From the sequence record SRR22947727_1369: a stretch of DNA of 43,014 bases. One strand, given 5' to 3'. Positions 32,250 through 42,633 of the stretch are shown here, one piece after another; position 1 is the first letter of the stretch; every line of letters starts with the position of its first letter. A program made the translations under genes and the position numbers. The notes beneath the pieces were generated by a model, which saw only the letters and a program-made list of their open reading frames with translations, searched no databases and had not been told where the DNA came from.

Positions 32250-32669
32250 ATGAAAAGTTATAAAAAAGAACTATGGTTTAATGCCCCTGAAAGAATGCAC
32301 TTTACGAATATAACTCCTGAAGTAAATTCTTGTTTAGCTGAAAGTGGAATTAAAGAGGGTTTGGTATTAGTAAATGCAATGCATATTACTGCCAGTGTTT
32401 TTATTAATGATGATGAATCAGGCTTACATCATGATTACAAAAAATGGCTTGAAGAATTAGCTCCGCATGAACCTTTAAGCCATTATAGGCACAATGACAC
32501 GGGTGAAGATAATGCTGATGCGCATATTAAAAGACAAGTAATGGGTAGAGAGGTAGTTGTCGCTATTACTGAGGGGAAGCTTGATTTTGGTCCATGGGAG
32601 CAAATTTTTTATGGTGAGTTTGATGGAAGAAGGAAGAAGCGAGCTTTAGTTAAAATAATCGGTGAGTAA
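32250..32669 (+). CDS. yjbQ: YjbQ/UPF0047 family protein
   Basis: [31 protein letters not shown]. Confidence 0.9.
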   Translation: MKSYKKELWFNAPERMHFTNITPEVNSCLAESGIKEGLVLVNAMHITASVFINDDESGLHHDYKKWLEELAPHEPLSHYRHNDTGEDNADAHIKRQVMGREVVVAITEGKLDFGPWEQIFYGEFDGRRKKRALVKIIGE

Positions 32670-32671
32670 AC

Positions 32672-33103
32672 TTAATTTTGAATGAAGCTTTCAAGCTGAC
32701 TAATTAAATCTTTTTGATGGCTTATCATTTCTTTCACCAAATCGCCTTGTGAAACCATTCCTATGATTTCATTACCTTTCAGAACTGGTATATGTCGTAC
32801 TTTCTTTGCTGACATTACTTCTAAGCCTTTTTCAAATGAATCTGTAGGCTGAAGCGATAAAACTTTTTTTGTCATTATGTCTTTGACGAGAGTCTCGTTT
32901 GATGATTTTTTGTGAAGTATTATTTCTCGGGCATAATCTCTTTCAGAAATGATACCCACCATTTTATCTTTATCTGTAACTAACAATGCACCAATTTTGT
33001 ATTCTGCCATAACTATTAGCGCTTCAATCACAGTTTGATTAGGCGAAATTGTCAGTAACTCTTTAATATTTTTTGTATCAATTATTTGTTTTAAAGTTTT
33101 CAT
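32672..33103 (-). CDS. Stand-alone tandem CBS-domain protein
   Basis: IGALLV, GIISERDYAR, VKDIMT, RHIPV, GMVSQGDLVK. Confidence 0.92.
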   Translation of the reverse strand: MKTLKQIIDTKNIKELLTISPNQTVIEALIVMAEYKIGALLVTDKDKMVGIISERDYAREIILHKKSSNETLVKDIMTKKVLSLQPTDSFEKGLEVMSAKKVRHIPVLKGNEIIGMVSQGDLVKEMISHQKDLISQLESFIQN

Positions 33104-33262
33104 TCAACACTTACATTTATTTAGTTACTTTAAAAAATAGCATAACTAAATTATCACTTTTTAGCAAAACCAGTAAAATTTAAATTTTAAATAAATCTAC
33201 TTCATAAGAGCTTTAAGTTTACTGATAAACTATATAAATTAAAATTTTTGGATAGTGAGCGT

Positions 33263-33988
33263 ATGGCGGGGCATTCAAAGTGGGCAAATATTCAGCATCG
33301 CAAAGGAAGGCAGGATGCGAAAAGAGGAAAAATTTTTACTAAATTAGTAAAAGAAATTACAGTTGCAGCAAGACTTAGTGGAGGAGATGTAAATTTTAAT
33401 CCAAGATTAAGGTCGGCTGTAACAGCAGCAAAAGAACAAAGTATGCCCGCTGAGAATATTACAAGAGCAATTAAAAGAGGAACAGGAGAATTAGAAGGGG
33501 TTAATTACGAAGAAATAAGGTATGAAGGTTACGGTATTAACGGAGTAGCAATTATTATTGATTGCCTAACGGACAATAAAGTGCGAGCGGTAGCTGATGT
33601 GAGACATGCTTTATCAAAAAATGGTGGTAATTTAGGGACTGATGGTTCTGTTTCATTTTTATTTAAACATTGCGGTAGTATCTTTTTTGCACCAACTGAT
33701 GATAGTGAAAACTTGATGGATGAAGCAATCAATTTAGGTGCTGATGATGTTATTGTTAACGATGACAAGAGCGTAGAAATTATCACCCTGCCTAATGACT
33801 TTTTAAAAATAAATGAGGGGCTTGAAAAATTAGGCTTTAAAAAAGTGTTAGCAGAGTTAACAATGAAAGCAGAAAATGAAATTAGTTTAAATGGTGATGA
33901 TGCAATTAAGATGCAAAAGATTTTAGATATTTTAGAAGATTTGGACGATGTTCAGGAAGTTTATACTAATGCAAATTTTGAAGATTAA
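33263..33988 (+). CDS. yebC: YebC/PmpR family protein
   Basis: [14 protein letters not shown] start at ATG 33263, [18 protein letters not shown]. Confidence 0.96.
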   Translation: MAGHSKWANIQHRKGRQDAKRGKIFTKLVKEITVAARLSGGDVNFNPRLRSAVTAAKEQSMPAENITRAIKRGTGELEGVNYEEIRYEGYGINGVAIIIDCLTDNKVRAVADVRHALSKNGGNLGTDGSVSFLFKHCGSIFFAPTDDSENLMDEAINLGADDVIVNDDKSVEIITLPNDFLKINEGLEKLGFKKVLAELTMKAENEISLNGDDAIKMQKILDILEDLDDVQEVYTNANFED

Positions 33989-33996
33989 TTAAGTCA

Positions 33997-34521
33997 TTGA
34001 GTACTATTTTAGGCATTGATCCTGGTTTGCGCGTTACTGGATACGGTGTGATATACCAAGAAAAACAAAATTTTCAATACACAACAAGCGGCGCAATAAG
34101 AACAACAAAACAAGATCTTGATTTAGCTGTAAGGATAAAAATCATAGTTGATGGCATCACTGAAGTTATTGATAAGTTTAAGCCAAGCGTTGTGGCTATT
34201 GAAAAAGTGTTCGTAAATACAAATCCTCAGTCTACACTTTTGTTAGGTCAGGCAAGAGGTGCTGCAATAGCCGCTATTGTGGCTAAAGAAATTAATATTT
34301 ATGAATACACAGCTCTTCAAATAAAAAAATCTGTTGTAGGAAATGGCCATGCAGATAAAATACAAGTTCAAACAATGGTTCAAAGATTACTTAAATTACC
34401 TTCTTTGCCAGGCCCAGACTCAGCAGATGCATTAGCTTGTGCTATCTGTCATGCTAATATAAGTGATTCACTCGGTAGGCTTGGAGTTGGTAATAGAATG
34501 AAATCAGGCAGAATAATATGA
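33997..34521 (+). CDS. ruvC: Holliday junction resolvase RuvC (TTG start)
   Basis: ILGIDPG, AIEKVF, LGQARG, DSADALA. Confidence 0.96.
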   Translation: MSTILGIDPGLRVTGYGVIYQEKQNFQYTTSGAIRTTKQDLDLAVRIKIIVDGITEVIDKFKPSVVAIEKVFVNTNPQSTLLLGQARGAAIAAIVAKEINIYEYTALQIKKSVVGNGHADKIQVQTMVQRLLKLPSLPGPDSADALACAICHANISDSLGRLGVGNRMKSGRII

Positions 34522-35093
34522 TAGGCCGTATAAAGGGGAGAATCTTAGAAAAAATACCACCTCATATCTTGATTGATTGTAATGGGGTTGGTTATGAAAT
34601 TGAAGTCCCCATGACCACTTTCTATGATCTACCTGAAGTAGGAAGTGAGGTGACACTTTTGACACATTTTCTCGTGAGGGAGGACGCTCAATTATTATTT
34701 GGCTTTGCCACTGATCAGGAAAGAATTATTTTTAGAAAATTACTAAAAGTTAATGGTATTGGCGCAAAGGCATCATTATCTATTCTAGGTGGAATGACAG
34801 TTCAAGAACTCACTCATACAATTCAAGCCCAAGACGTAACTTCTTTAACCAAAATTCCTGGTGTTGGAAAGAAAACTGCAGAGCGTCTCATCTTAGAATT
34901 AAAAGACAAATTTTCAGATTCCGAATTTAAATTAACAAGTAATGCTAATTCAACAGAGATGAGTGATATTCAAAATGCTTTGTCTGCTCTGGGATATAAT
35001 CAAAAGGACATAGTGATTGTCACTAAAGATTTAGACAAAAATATCTCGGTAAATGAAGGCATTAAAAAAGCTTTAAAATTATTATCAAATTAA
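34518..35093 (+). CDS. ruvA: Holliday junction branch migration protein RuvA
   Basis: GVGYE, VREDA..LFGF, HhH motifs GIGAK and PGVGKKTAER. Confidence 0.97.
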   Translation: MIGRIKGRILEKIPPHILIDCNGVGYEIEVPMTTFYDLPEVGSEVTLLTHFLVREDAQLLFGFATDQERIIFRKLLKVNGIGAKASLSILGGMTVQELTHTIQAQDVTSLTKIPGVGKKTAERLILELKDKFSDSEFKLTSNANSTEMSDIQNALSALGYNQKDIVIVTKDLDKNISVNEGIKKALKLLSN

Positions 35094-35114
35094 ATTTTAA
35101 TTATTAGGTAAAAA

Positions 35115-36146
35115 ATGATTGAACCGGATCAATTCAAAAATAGCGAAGCTGTAAGTGGGGAAGAAGAAAGCTTTGAAAGAGCTCTTAGACCCAAAGAATT
35201 AACTGATTATGTTGGCCAAGAAAAAATTAGAGAACAATTAGATATTTTTATAAATGCCGCAAAAAAAAGAAAAGAACCACTTGACCATCTACTTTTGTTT
35301 GGCCCTCCTGGATTAGGTAAGACTACTCTGGCTCATATAATTGCTAATGAAATGGGCGTAAATCTAAAACAAACATCGGGACCTGTGTTAGAAAAAACTG
35401 GAGATTTGGCAGCTTTATTATCCAACTTGGAAGCTAATGATGTTTTGTTCATTGATGAGATACATCGTATTTCGCCTGTGATTGAGGAAATCCTTTATCC
35501 TGCAATGGAAGATTATCGTCTTGATATAATGATTGGTGAAGGCCCTTCAGCTCGATCAGTTAAATTAGAATTACCACCATTTACATTAATTGGCGCCACT
35601 ACAAGAGCTGGGATGTTAACCAATCCACTTCGTGACAGATTTGGAATTGTTTCTCGGCTAGAATTTTATACACAAGAAGAGCTAGCTAAAATTGTATTGA
35701 GAAGTGCTGGGCTTCTTGAAACAAAAATTGATAAAGATGGTTCTGAAGAATTAGCGAAACGTTCAAGAGGAACTCCAAGAATTGCAAATAGATTATTAAG
35801 AAGAGTTAGAGATTACGCAGAGATTAAAGCTGAGGGTGACATTGATGGTAAAACTGCAAATCATGCATTAAAAATGTTAGATGTGGATTTGATAGGTTTA
35901 GATTTAATGGACAGAACTTTTTTAAAAGCAATTGTTGAAAAGTTTTCTGGAGGTCCAGTAGGTTTAGATAATTTAGCTGCTGCAATTGGTGAAGAAAAAG
36001 AAACAATTGAGGATGTGATAGAACCTTATCTTATTCAGCAAGGATTTTTGATGAGAACGCCTCGCGGAAGGGTTGCGACTCCGCAAACGTATAAACATTT
36101 TGGAACTGCAATGCCAAAAAATAAAAATAATGAAAGCTTATGGTAA
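35115..36146 (+). CDS. ruvB: Holliday junction helicase RuvB
   Basis: [38 protein letters not shown]. Confidence 0.98.
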   Translation: MIEPDQFKNSEAVSGEEESFERALRPKELTDYVGQEKIREQLDIFINAAKKRKEPLDHLLLFGPPGLGKTTLAHIIANEMGVNLKQTSGPVLEKTGDLAALLSNLEANDVLFIDEIHRISPVIEEILYPAMEDYRLDIMIGEGPSARSVKLELPPFTLIGATTRAGMLTNPLRDRFGIVSRLEFYTQEELAKIVLRSAGLLETKIDKDGSEELAKRSRGTPRIANRLLRRVRDYAEIKAEGDIDGKTANHALKMLDVDLIGLDLMDRTFLKAIVEKFSGGPVGLDNLAAAIGEEKETIEDVIEPYLIQQGFLMRTPRGRVATPQTYKHFGTAMPKNKNNESLW

Positions 36147-36550
36147 GTAGTTTATCTTTCAAGTGGCTTGTAAGAATATATTTTGAAGATACAGATAGCG
36201 GTGGGGTTGTTTATCATGCAAATTATTTAAAATTTATGGAGCGGGCTAGGACAGAATGGCTTAGGAGCATTAAGTTAGATCAAGCCACATTAAAGAAAAA
36301 AGATAAAATAATGTTTGTTGTGGCAAAAGTTGACATAAATTATAAAAAACCTGCGCGTTTTAATGATGAACTTGAAGTTGAGACTATTGTTAACAAAATT
36401 GGAGCATCCAAGGTGAGCTTAACTCAAAACATATCCATGAATTCTCAATTATATACTTCAGCAAAAGTAAGTATCGCATGTTTACATTCTGATACTTTTA
36501 AACCACAAAGAATTCCAAAATTAATTAAACAACAAATGGAGATATTATGA
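36140..36550 (+). CDS. ybgC: Tol-pal-associated acyl-CoA thioesterase
   Basis: [24 protein letters not shown]. Confidence 0.94.
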   Translation: MVSSLSFKWLVRIYFEDTDSGGVVYHANYLKFMERARTEWLRSIKLDQATLKKKDKIMFVVAKVDINYKKPARFNDELEVETIVNKIGASKVSLTQNISMNSQLYTSAKVSIACLHSDTFKPQRIPKLIKQQMEIL

Positions 36551-37221
36551 CTATTGGTAGTGACTTATCCTTCTTTTCATTAATCTGGGGGGCAAGCCTT
36601 CCAGTTCAAGCAGTAATGCTTATTTTAGTATTAGCATCTATGGCTTCATGGAAAATTATATATCTTAAAGTAAAGACTCTAAAAAAGGCGGAACAAAATA
36701 CAGATGATTTTGAGAAAATTTTCTGGTCAGGTGGAAGTTTGAGCAATTTATATGAATCATTTAGTGTGAGATCACCAAACGATATGCCAGGTCTACCTAT
36801 CATATTCCAGGCGGGTTATAAGGAGTATATGTCCAACAAAAATACAGGTGCACTTGATAAAAAAAGTGTTGAAAGCGTAAGAAGAGCAATGAGTGCAGCC
36901 TATAACAGAGAGGTTGATGCACTTGATAGGCACCTACCTTTCTTGGCATCAGTGGGTTCAGTCAGTCCTTACATAGGTTTATTTGGAACAGTATGGGGGA
37001 TAATGAATGCTTTCATTGGGCTCGCTAATGTTGCTCAAGCTTCTTTAGCTCAAGTTGCACCAGGGATTGCCGAAGCATTAATTGCGACTGCAATTGGACT
37101 GTTTGCTGCAATACCTGCAGTCATCGCATACAACAAGTTTGCATCTAAGGTTGACAGAATTTCAATAAGGTATGAAAGCTTCATGGAAGAATTTATCAAT
37201 ATTATGGATCGTAAAGGGTAA
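36547..37221 (+). CDS. tolQ: TolQ
   Basis: SPYIGLFGTVWGIM, VAPGIAEALIATAIGLFAAIPAV. Confidence 0.95.
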   Translation: MTIGSDLSFFSLIWGASLPVQAVMLILVLASMASWKIIYLKVKTLKKAEQNTDDFEKIFWSGGSLSNLYESFSVRSPNDMPGLPIIFQAGYKEYMSNKNTGALDKKSVESVRRAMSAAYNREVDALDRHLPFLASVGSVSPYIGLFGTVWGIMNAFIGLANVAQASLAQVAPGIAEALIATAIGLFAAIPAVIAYNKFASKVDRISIRYESFMEEFINIMDRKG

Positions 37222-37225
37222 TTCT

Positions 37226-37609
37226 ATGAGAAAAAGAAGAATGATGGATCAGATAAATGTAGTTCCTTACATTGATGTCATGTTGGTACTTCTTGTAATT
37301 TTTATGGTAACAGCACCGATGACGAATCCAGGAGTTGTTGAGCTTCCCAAAGTTGGTCAAGCATTAAAACAAAAAGTTGATCCAATTGTGATTTCAGTTA
37401 AAAAAAATTCAAAAATTGAAGTAAATGGAAAATCATATAAAAAAGATGCATTGTTGGTTTTTTTGAAACAAAAGTTAGAAAAAAATTCTGATCAGCCTAT
37501 TGTAATTGCAGCTGATGAAAAAGTTAAGTATGGATCAGTAATATCAATTATGGATTTATTAAAACAAAATGAATTTAATAAAGTAGGCTTGCTACTAAAA
37601 CCTGAATAA
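37226..37609 (+). CDS. tolR: TolR
   Basis: INVVPYIDVMLVLLVIFMVTAP; ATG at 37226 just after the tolQ stop. Confidence 0.94.
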   Translation: MRKRRMMDQINVVPYIDVMLVLLVIFMVTAPMTNPGVVELPKVGQALKQKVDPIVISVKKNSKIEVNGKSYKKDALLVFLKQKLEKNSDQPIVIAADEKVKYGSVISIMDLLKQNEFNKVGLLLKPE

Positions 37610-37616
37610 AAATTTA

Positions 37617-38456
37617 ATGAAATTTTTTAAGATTGAAAATAATGAGAATTTGCAGGCTAATCTATTCTCATTTGCAGTTCATTTAGCGCTCTTTCTGATT
37701 ATGATTTTTTCAGTGGGCTGGCAAACGAAAACACCCAATTATGCAGAGGTAGAGTTATGGGACAGTGTTCCCGTACAAAAAAAAATTAAAAAAACACAAG
37801 CTAAACCTAAGCAAAAAATTATTAAAACCAATAAAGTTGCTGAAGCAAAAGCAAAAGCAAAAGCAAAAGCGCAAAAAGAGGCTGATATAAGATTAAAGAA
37901 GAAAAAAGCTGCTGAAGCAAAAGCTAAAAAATTAAAAAAACAAAAAGCTATAAAAGCTCTCAAAGAGAAGGTATTGAAGCAAGAAAAAATTGAAAAATTG
38001 AAAAAAGAAATGCTTGAAAAAGAAAAACTTGAAAGATTACAACAACAAATAATCGAACAACAAAAAATAGAAAAGATGCAAGCTGAATTGAGAGAAAATG
38101 AACTTAAGCAAGAAAACAAACTTGCTATTGATGGCGAAAAGGAAATAAAGGGTGGAGTTAATACTGGAGAATTAAACAAGTATAAATTACTTATTCAGCA
38201 AAAAATTCAGCAAAATGTTAACCAACAATTGTGTGGTTTAGATTATATTACTCTAGAATTTAGGATAAGTTTAATGCCTACGGGTGAATTATTAGGTCAG
38301 CCTAAAATGACAAAATCAAGTAATATAACAAGTTGTGATGATGCTGTTGAAAGAGCTATTATTCAGTCACAACCACTGCCTCTTCCAAAAGATAGAGGCT
38401 TATTTAGTAAATTAAAAAATTTAGAATTGAAATTTCATCCAAACGGAGTTGAGTAG
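37617..38456 (+). CDS. tolA: TolA
   Basis: N-terminal TM with S...H motif, K/A/E-rich helical stalk, TonB_C-like end (SS....DDAVERAI...PLP). Confidence 0.88.
   Translation: MKFFKIENNENLQANLFSFAVHLALFLIMIFSVGWQTKTPNYAEVELWDSVPVQKKIKKTQAKPKQKIIKTNKVAEAKAKAKAKAQKEADIRLKKKKAAEAKAKKLKKQKAIKALKEKVLKQEKIEKLKKEMLEKEKLERLQQQIIEQQKIEKMQAELRENELKQENKLAIDGEKEIKGGVNTGELNKYKLLIQQKIQQNVNQQLCGLDYITLEFRISLMPTGELLGQPKMTKSSNITSCDDAVERAIIQSQPLPLPKDRGLFSKLKNLELKFHPNGVE
37845..37868 (+). repeat. (GCAAAA)x4 coding tandem repeat (Ala-Lys) in the tolA stalk
   Basis: Four perfect hexamer units read directly from the sequence. Confidence 0.85.
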
Positions 38457-38460
38457 TTAG

Positions 38461-39750
38461 ATGACAAAACTTTTATACATTATCTTTGCTGGAATATTTT
38501 TTTTCTCATCAAGCATTTCTCATGCTCTTGAAGTAATTGAAATTTTAGGTGGAAAAGCCAATCAGATTCCAATTGCTGTAATGCCTTTCAAAAGTTTTGG
38601 GGCTCCAAAAAATATTGCAAAAGTTAACACAGTCATAAAAAGTGATCTAAATAGGTCAGGTTTGTTTTATACACTAGATACCCGAGGTGTATCAGCCTCA
38701 CCAAATAGTGATAAAGAAGTTAATTTTTCACAGTGGAAATCTCTTGAAGCACAATTTTTGATCATCGGAAGAGTCGATTTTTTAAAAAAAGAAAAAGTAA
38801 AGGTTAGTTGGAGCCTTATTGATATTTATAAACAACAAACAATATTGAGCGGTGAGTATGTCGGTAAAAAAACTCAAATTCGTGCAATCGGACATAAAGT
38901 TTCAGATAAAGTTTATGAAAGATTGACGGGGAGTAAAGGAGTTTTTCATACAAAAATTGCTTTTGTAGAAAAATATAATAATGAAAAATATAAATTAAAT
39001 ATTGCTGATTATGATGGTTACAATATCACTAGTTTATTAGATTCTAAAATGCCAATTATTTCGCCTAGGTGGTCACCTGATGGGAAAAAAATAGCTTATG
39101 TCTCTTTTGAAAAAGAGAAACCAGTCGTTTATATTCAAGAGATTGCAACCGGAAAGAGAAAATTACTTGCTAATTTTAAGGGGAATAATAGTGCACCTGC
39201 TTGGTCTCCAGATGGTAAAAAACTTGCTATTGTTTTGACATACAATGCCAATTCACAAATTTATTTGATTAATGCTGATGGTTCCGATGTAACAAGGTTA
39301 GTCAGATCAAGATCAATCACGACAGAGCCTGCATGGTCTCCCGATGGAAAAGAAATTTACTACACCTCTAATCAAGGCGGAGGCCCACAAATATACAAAT
39401 TTAATCTAGACTCTTCTGAAATTAGTAGAGTTACATTTGAGGGTAAATATAATTTATACCCAAGTTTATCTTATGATGGAAAATTACTTTTATATTTAAC
39501 TCAAGATCAAGGTAAATTTAAAGTTGCGGTCCAAAATCTACTATCTAATCAAGTCTTAAAGCTCACTAAAGGACCTTTAGATGAAGCACCGGCTTTTGCT
39601 CCTAATGGACATATGATACTATTTGTTTATAAAGACTATGGAAAAACAACAAAAATTGGTACAGTATCAATAAATGGACTTAAAATTGATCCACTGCCTT
39701 TAGGTAACAAGCAAGTTCAAGAGCCTGCATGGGGACCAATTAGGAACTAA
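38461..39750 (+). CDS. tolB: TolB
   Basis: Signal peptide, PIAV.PF, DL.RSG.F, repeated P.WSPDG beta-propeller motifs. Confidence 0.96.
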   Translation: MTKLLYIIFAGIFFFSSSISHALEVIEILGGKANQIPIAVMPFKSFGAPKNIAKVNTVIKSDLNRSGLFYTLDTRGVSASPNSDKEVNFSQWKSLEAQFLIIGRVDFLKKEKVKVSWSLIDIYKQQTILSGEYVGKKTQIRAIGHKVSDKVYERLTGSKGVFHTKIAFVEKYNNEKYKLNIADYDGYNITSLLDSKMPIISPRWSPDGKKIAYVSFEKEKPVVYIQEIATGKRKLLANFKGNNSAPAWSPDGKKLAIVLTYNANSQIYLINADGSDVTRLVRSRSITTEPAWSPDGKEIYYTSNQGGGPQIYKFNLDSSEISRVTFEGKYNLYPSLSYDGKLLLYLTQDQGKFKVAVQNLLSNQVLKLTKGPLDEAPAFAPNGHMILFVYKDYGKTTKIGTVSINGLKIDPLPLGNKQVQEPAWGPIRN

Positions 39751-39777
39751 ATAATTTATTTAAAAAGGGGAAATAGG

Positions 39778-40311
39778 GTGAAAAAATCTATACTTTTAGC
39801 AACGTTTTTAGGGGTTTTGGTTGCAGGATGTAGTTCTACAGAGCTACAAGAATCGCAGCCTTTAAATCCACCTCAACCAGAATTACAATCAATGCAAGCT
39901 GATGATAATCAAGGTACAGCTTATACATCTCCAGATTTGAATTTACTTGAATTAAGAGGTAATCCTTTATTGGCTAAGGATAAAAGAGGAATATATTTCG
40001 ACTTCAATAAGTATGTGGTTAAGCCAGAGTATATGGAGGTAATTCAAGCTCATGCGAAGTATTTAAATGAGACACCTGCAGCTAATATGAAAATTCAAGG
40101 TAATACAGATTACCGTGGATCTCACGAATATAATTTGTCTCTTGGACAAAAAAGAGCAGTAGCTGTAAAAGAAGCACTTAATTCATTTGGAGTAGATGAC
40201 TCTCAAATTGAAACAGTTAGTTACGGTAAAGAATATGCTAATCTTGACTGTATTGAACAAAACTCATGTGGGGAAGATAGACGAGCTGATATAGTCTACA
40301 CAGTAGAGTAA
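39778..40311 (+). CDS. pal: Peptidoglycan-associated lipoprotein (GTG start)
   Basis: Lipobox LVAGC; OmpA-like domain with IYFDF, G.TD.RGS.EYN.SLG.KRA and VSYGKE. Confidence 0.94.
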   Translation: MKKSILLATFLGVLVAGCSSTELQESQPLNPPQPELQSMQADDNQGTAYTSPDLNLLELRGNPLLAKDKRGIYFDFNKYVVKPEYMEVIQAHAKYLNETPAANMKIQGNTDYRGSHEYNLSLGQKRAVAVKEALNSFGVDDSQIETVSYGKEYANLDCIEQNSCGEDRRADIVYTVE

Positions 40312-40320
40312 AAGAACTGA

Positions 40321-41220
40321 ATGAAACGCTATTTATGGGTTGGTCTTTTATTGCTCTCAAATTCTGTTCATGCTTTATTTGAAGACGAAGGGGCAAGAAA
40401 AAAGTTAAATGACATTCAAGACCAACTCAATGCGCTTCAAAGCTCAATTGAATTTGAGATAAAAGAAAAATTTACCAACTTCGAAAAAAATAATAAAGTC
40501 GATCCAAGGTTAATTAATAACCTCTCAGAAAAAATAAATTCATTATTTGATGATCTTGCAAAGCTTCGAGGAGAAGTTGAAGTATTGACTTATGCGGTGC
40601 AAACTTCAGAAGAGCGCCAAAAAGTTTTGTATTCTGAATTAAATGAGCGTTTGCAAAAAATTGAAGAAAATACTCAAAAAATTGAAAGTAGTTTTAAAAA
40701 TGTAGAACCCGTTCAAGAGGATGTTTCTTTAACTCAAAATAATTTAGTTATTCAAGAAGAAGAGGCCGTACTTCCTGAAATTGCTCCTGAACCAATTCCT
40801 GGAGCGGCTGATTTGCCTCCGCTAGTTGATAAGAATATAGAATACCAGGAGTTTGAGGATGCAAAGAAGCTTATAACAGCGACGAAGTACAAAGAGGCAT
40901 TTGACGCTCTTGATAAGTTTATAATTAATTACCCAGCTTCAGAATTATTACCCGAGGCGAAATTCAATTTAGGTTATACCCAATTTGCATTAAGAAATTA
41001 TAAAGCGGCAATCAACACTTTTAATAAGATTGTTTTAGATTACCCAGATAACCCAATAGCCCCAAATAGCTTATATCAACTTTCAAATTCACAAATACAA
41101 CTTACACGTATAACAAAAGCTAAACAAACTCTTCGGACTTTGATAAAAAAATATCCTAATGCCGATATCATTCAAAGTGCTAAAAAGAGACTTAAGGATT
41201 TAGAATCAATTAAGTTATAA
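40321..41220 (+). CDS. cpoB: Cell division coordinator CpoB/YbgF
   Basis: Signal peptide then LFEDEGARK, coiled coil LRGEVEVL, C-terminal TPR repeats; follows pal. Confidence 0.9.
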   Translation: MKRYLWVGLLLLSNSVHALFEDEGARKKLNDIQDQLNALQSSIEFEIKEKFTNFEKNNKVDPRLINNLSEKINSLFDDLAKLRGEVEVLTYAVQTSEERQKVLYSELNERLQKIEENTQKIESSFKNVEPVQEDVSLTQNNLVIQEEEAVLPEIAPEPIPGAADLPPLVDKNIEYQEFEDAKKLITATKYKEAFDALDKFIINYPASELLPEAKFNLGYTQFALRNYKAAINTFNKIVLDYPDNPIAPNSLYQLSNSQIQLTRITKAKQTLRTLIKKYPNADIIQSAKKRLKDLESIKL

Positions 41221-41239
41221 ACTCTAGATTTTCATTCAA

Positions 41240-41881
41240 GTGACTACTCTTAAAATCAATGAAATATTTTTTTCACTCCAAGGTGAAAGTTCATATATTG
41301 GAATCCCAACTATTTTTATACGTTTGACAGGATGCCCAATGCGATGCACATATTGTGATACTGCTTATGCTTTTCATGATGGAAAAAAAATGACCATTCA
41401 GGAAATACTAAAAGAAATTTCTCAATACAAAACAAAATATGTAACTGTTACAGGCGGGGAGCCTTTAGCTCAAAAGCCTTGCTGGGATCTTCTAAAAGAT
41501 TTGAGTGATAAAGGCTACTCAGTTTCCTTGGAAACAGGAGGTGCGATTAGTATTGAAGGCGTTGATAAGAGAACAAAAATTATTTTGGATATTAAAACAC
41601 CTGAGTCTGGGGAAAGTTTAAATAATAATAAAAAGAATTTTTCTTTAATAGATGAAAAAGATGAAATTAAATTTGTAATTTCAAATAAAGATGATTATCA
41701 GTGGGCGAAAAAGCTTATTGAGAAAGAATGTTTGACTAATAAGGCGCCAGTAATTTTTTCACCGGTGTATGCAAAATTGTCATATGAAGATTTATCAAAT
41801 TGGATATTAGAGGATAACCTTAATGTTAGGTTTCAGGTACAACTTCATAAAATAATTTGGGGGGAGAAAAAAGGTGTCTAA
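41240..41881 (+). CDS. queE: 7-carboxy-7-deazaguanine synthase (radical SAM), GTG start
   Basis: EIFFSLQGE, CPMRCTYCDT, TGGEPL, QLHK. Confidence 0.95.
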   Translation: MTTLKINEIFFSLQGESSYIGIPTIFIRLTGCPMRCTYCDTAYAFHDGKKMTIQEILKEISQYKTKYVTVTGGEPLAQKPCWDLLKDLSDKGYSVSLETGGAISIEGVDKRTKIILDIKTPESGESLNNNKKNFSLIDEKDEIKFVISNKDDYQWAKKLIEKECLTNKAPVIFSPVYAKLSYEDLSNWILEDNLNVRFQVQLHKIIWGEKKGV

Positions 41882-42545
41882 AAAAGCAATTATATTATTA
41901 TCCGGAGGTCTCGATTCTGCTACATCACTAGCAATTGCAAAAAAGGAAAAATATGATTGTTATGCGCTAAGTGTAAATTATCATCAGAGACATAACTATG
42001 AATTGGTCGCCGCTAAAAATATTGCAAATTTTTTTTCAGTAAAGGATTTGAAAAAGGTTGAGATTGATTTAAGTTGGTTACAAAATTCAGCTCTAACTAA
42101 TAAATCACTAAATATCCCTGAAAATCCATCAACTGGTATTCCAGTAACCTATGTTCCTGCAAGAAATACCATAATGATGTCACTTGCGATGGCATGGGCG
42201 GAGTCAATAGACTGTACGAATATTTTTATTGGTGTCAATGCAGTAGATTATTCAGGTTATCCCGACTGTAGGGAAGAGTACATAAAAAGTTTTCAAAATA
42301 TGGCTAATTTGGCTACAAAGAAAGCAGTAGAAGGAGATTTGATAAAAATATATACCCCCTTAATAAATCTATCAAAGAAAGAAATAATACAAAAGGGCGT
42401 TGAGTTAGGTGTCGATTATTCACTTACCGTTTCTTGCTATCAAGTCACTTCAGACGGTCTTGCATGTGGAAAATGTGATTCGTGTCGATTGAGAAAAGCT
42501 GGGTTCAAAGATGCAGGCCTACCTGATCCAACTAAATATTTATAA
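41874..42545 (+). CDS. queC: 7-cyano-7-deazaguanine synthase
   Basis: SGGLDS, TYVPARN, YPDCR, SCY....CGKCDSCRLR. Confidence 0.97.
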   Translation: MSKKAIILLSGGLDSATSLAIAKKEKYDCYALSVNYHQRHNYELVAAKNIANFFSVKDLKKVEIDLSWLQNSALTNKSLNIPENPSTGIPVTYVPARNTIMMSLAMAWAESIDCTNIFIGVNAVDYSGYPDCREEYIKSFQNMANLATKKAVEGDLIKIYTPLINLSKKEIIQKGVELGVDYSLTVSCYQVTSDGLACGKCDSCRLRKAGFKDAGLPDPTKYL

Positions 42546-42562
42546 AAAATCAACAATTTAAT

Positions 42563-42599
42563 TTGCCAAATACGCTTAAAATAGCGTAAAATTTCCGCC
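42563..42599 (+). promoter_or_regulatory. Putative sigma70 promoter of the rpsP operon
   Basis: TTGCCA (42563-42568), 18-nt spacer, TAAAAT (42587-42592), then a GC-containing discriminator TTCCGCC. Confidence 0.6.
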
Positions 42600-42633
42600 T
42601 TTCTGTAAATAATTAATATAAGAGATTTAGATT

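Noticed and set aside
37779-38120. A-rich repetitive tract as a CRISPR array or phase-variable repeat
   Set aside because: Explained by the Lys/Ala/Glu-rich TolA stalk. The repeat unit is in-frame and there are no spacers.
1478-38179. Other short overlapping ORFs in the track (e.g. 2389..2739, 18265..18501, 23323..23670, 23897..24256, 37739..38179)
   Set aside because: They lie antisense or out of frame within well-supported genes and show no recognisable motifs.
41240-42545. queE/queC as a 7-deazaguanine DNA-modification (dpd) system
   Set aside because: They sit in the usual tol-pal-queE-queC housekeeping context with no dpdA/tgt-like or defence genes nearby.
42546-42633. tRNA-Lys that often follows queC
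   Set aside because: The 88-nt AT-rich spacer has no cloverleaf or GTTC T-loop and is occupied by a promoter-like sequence.
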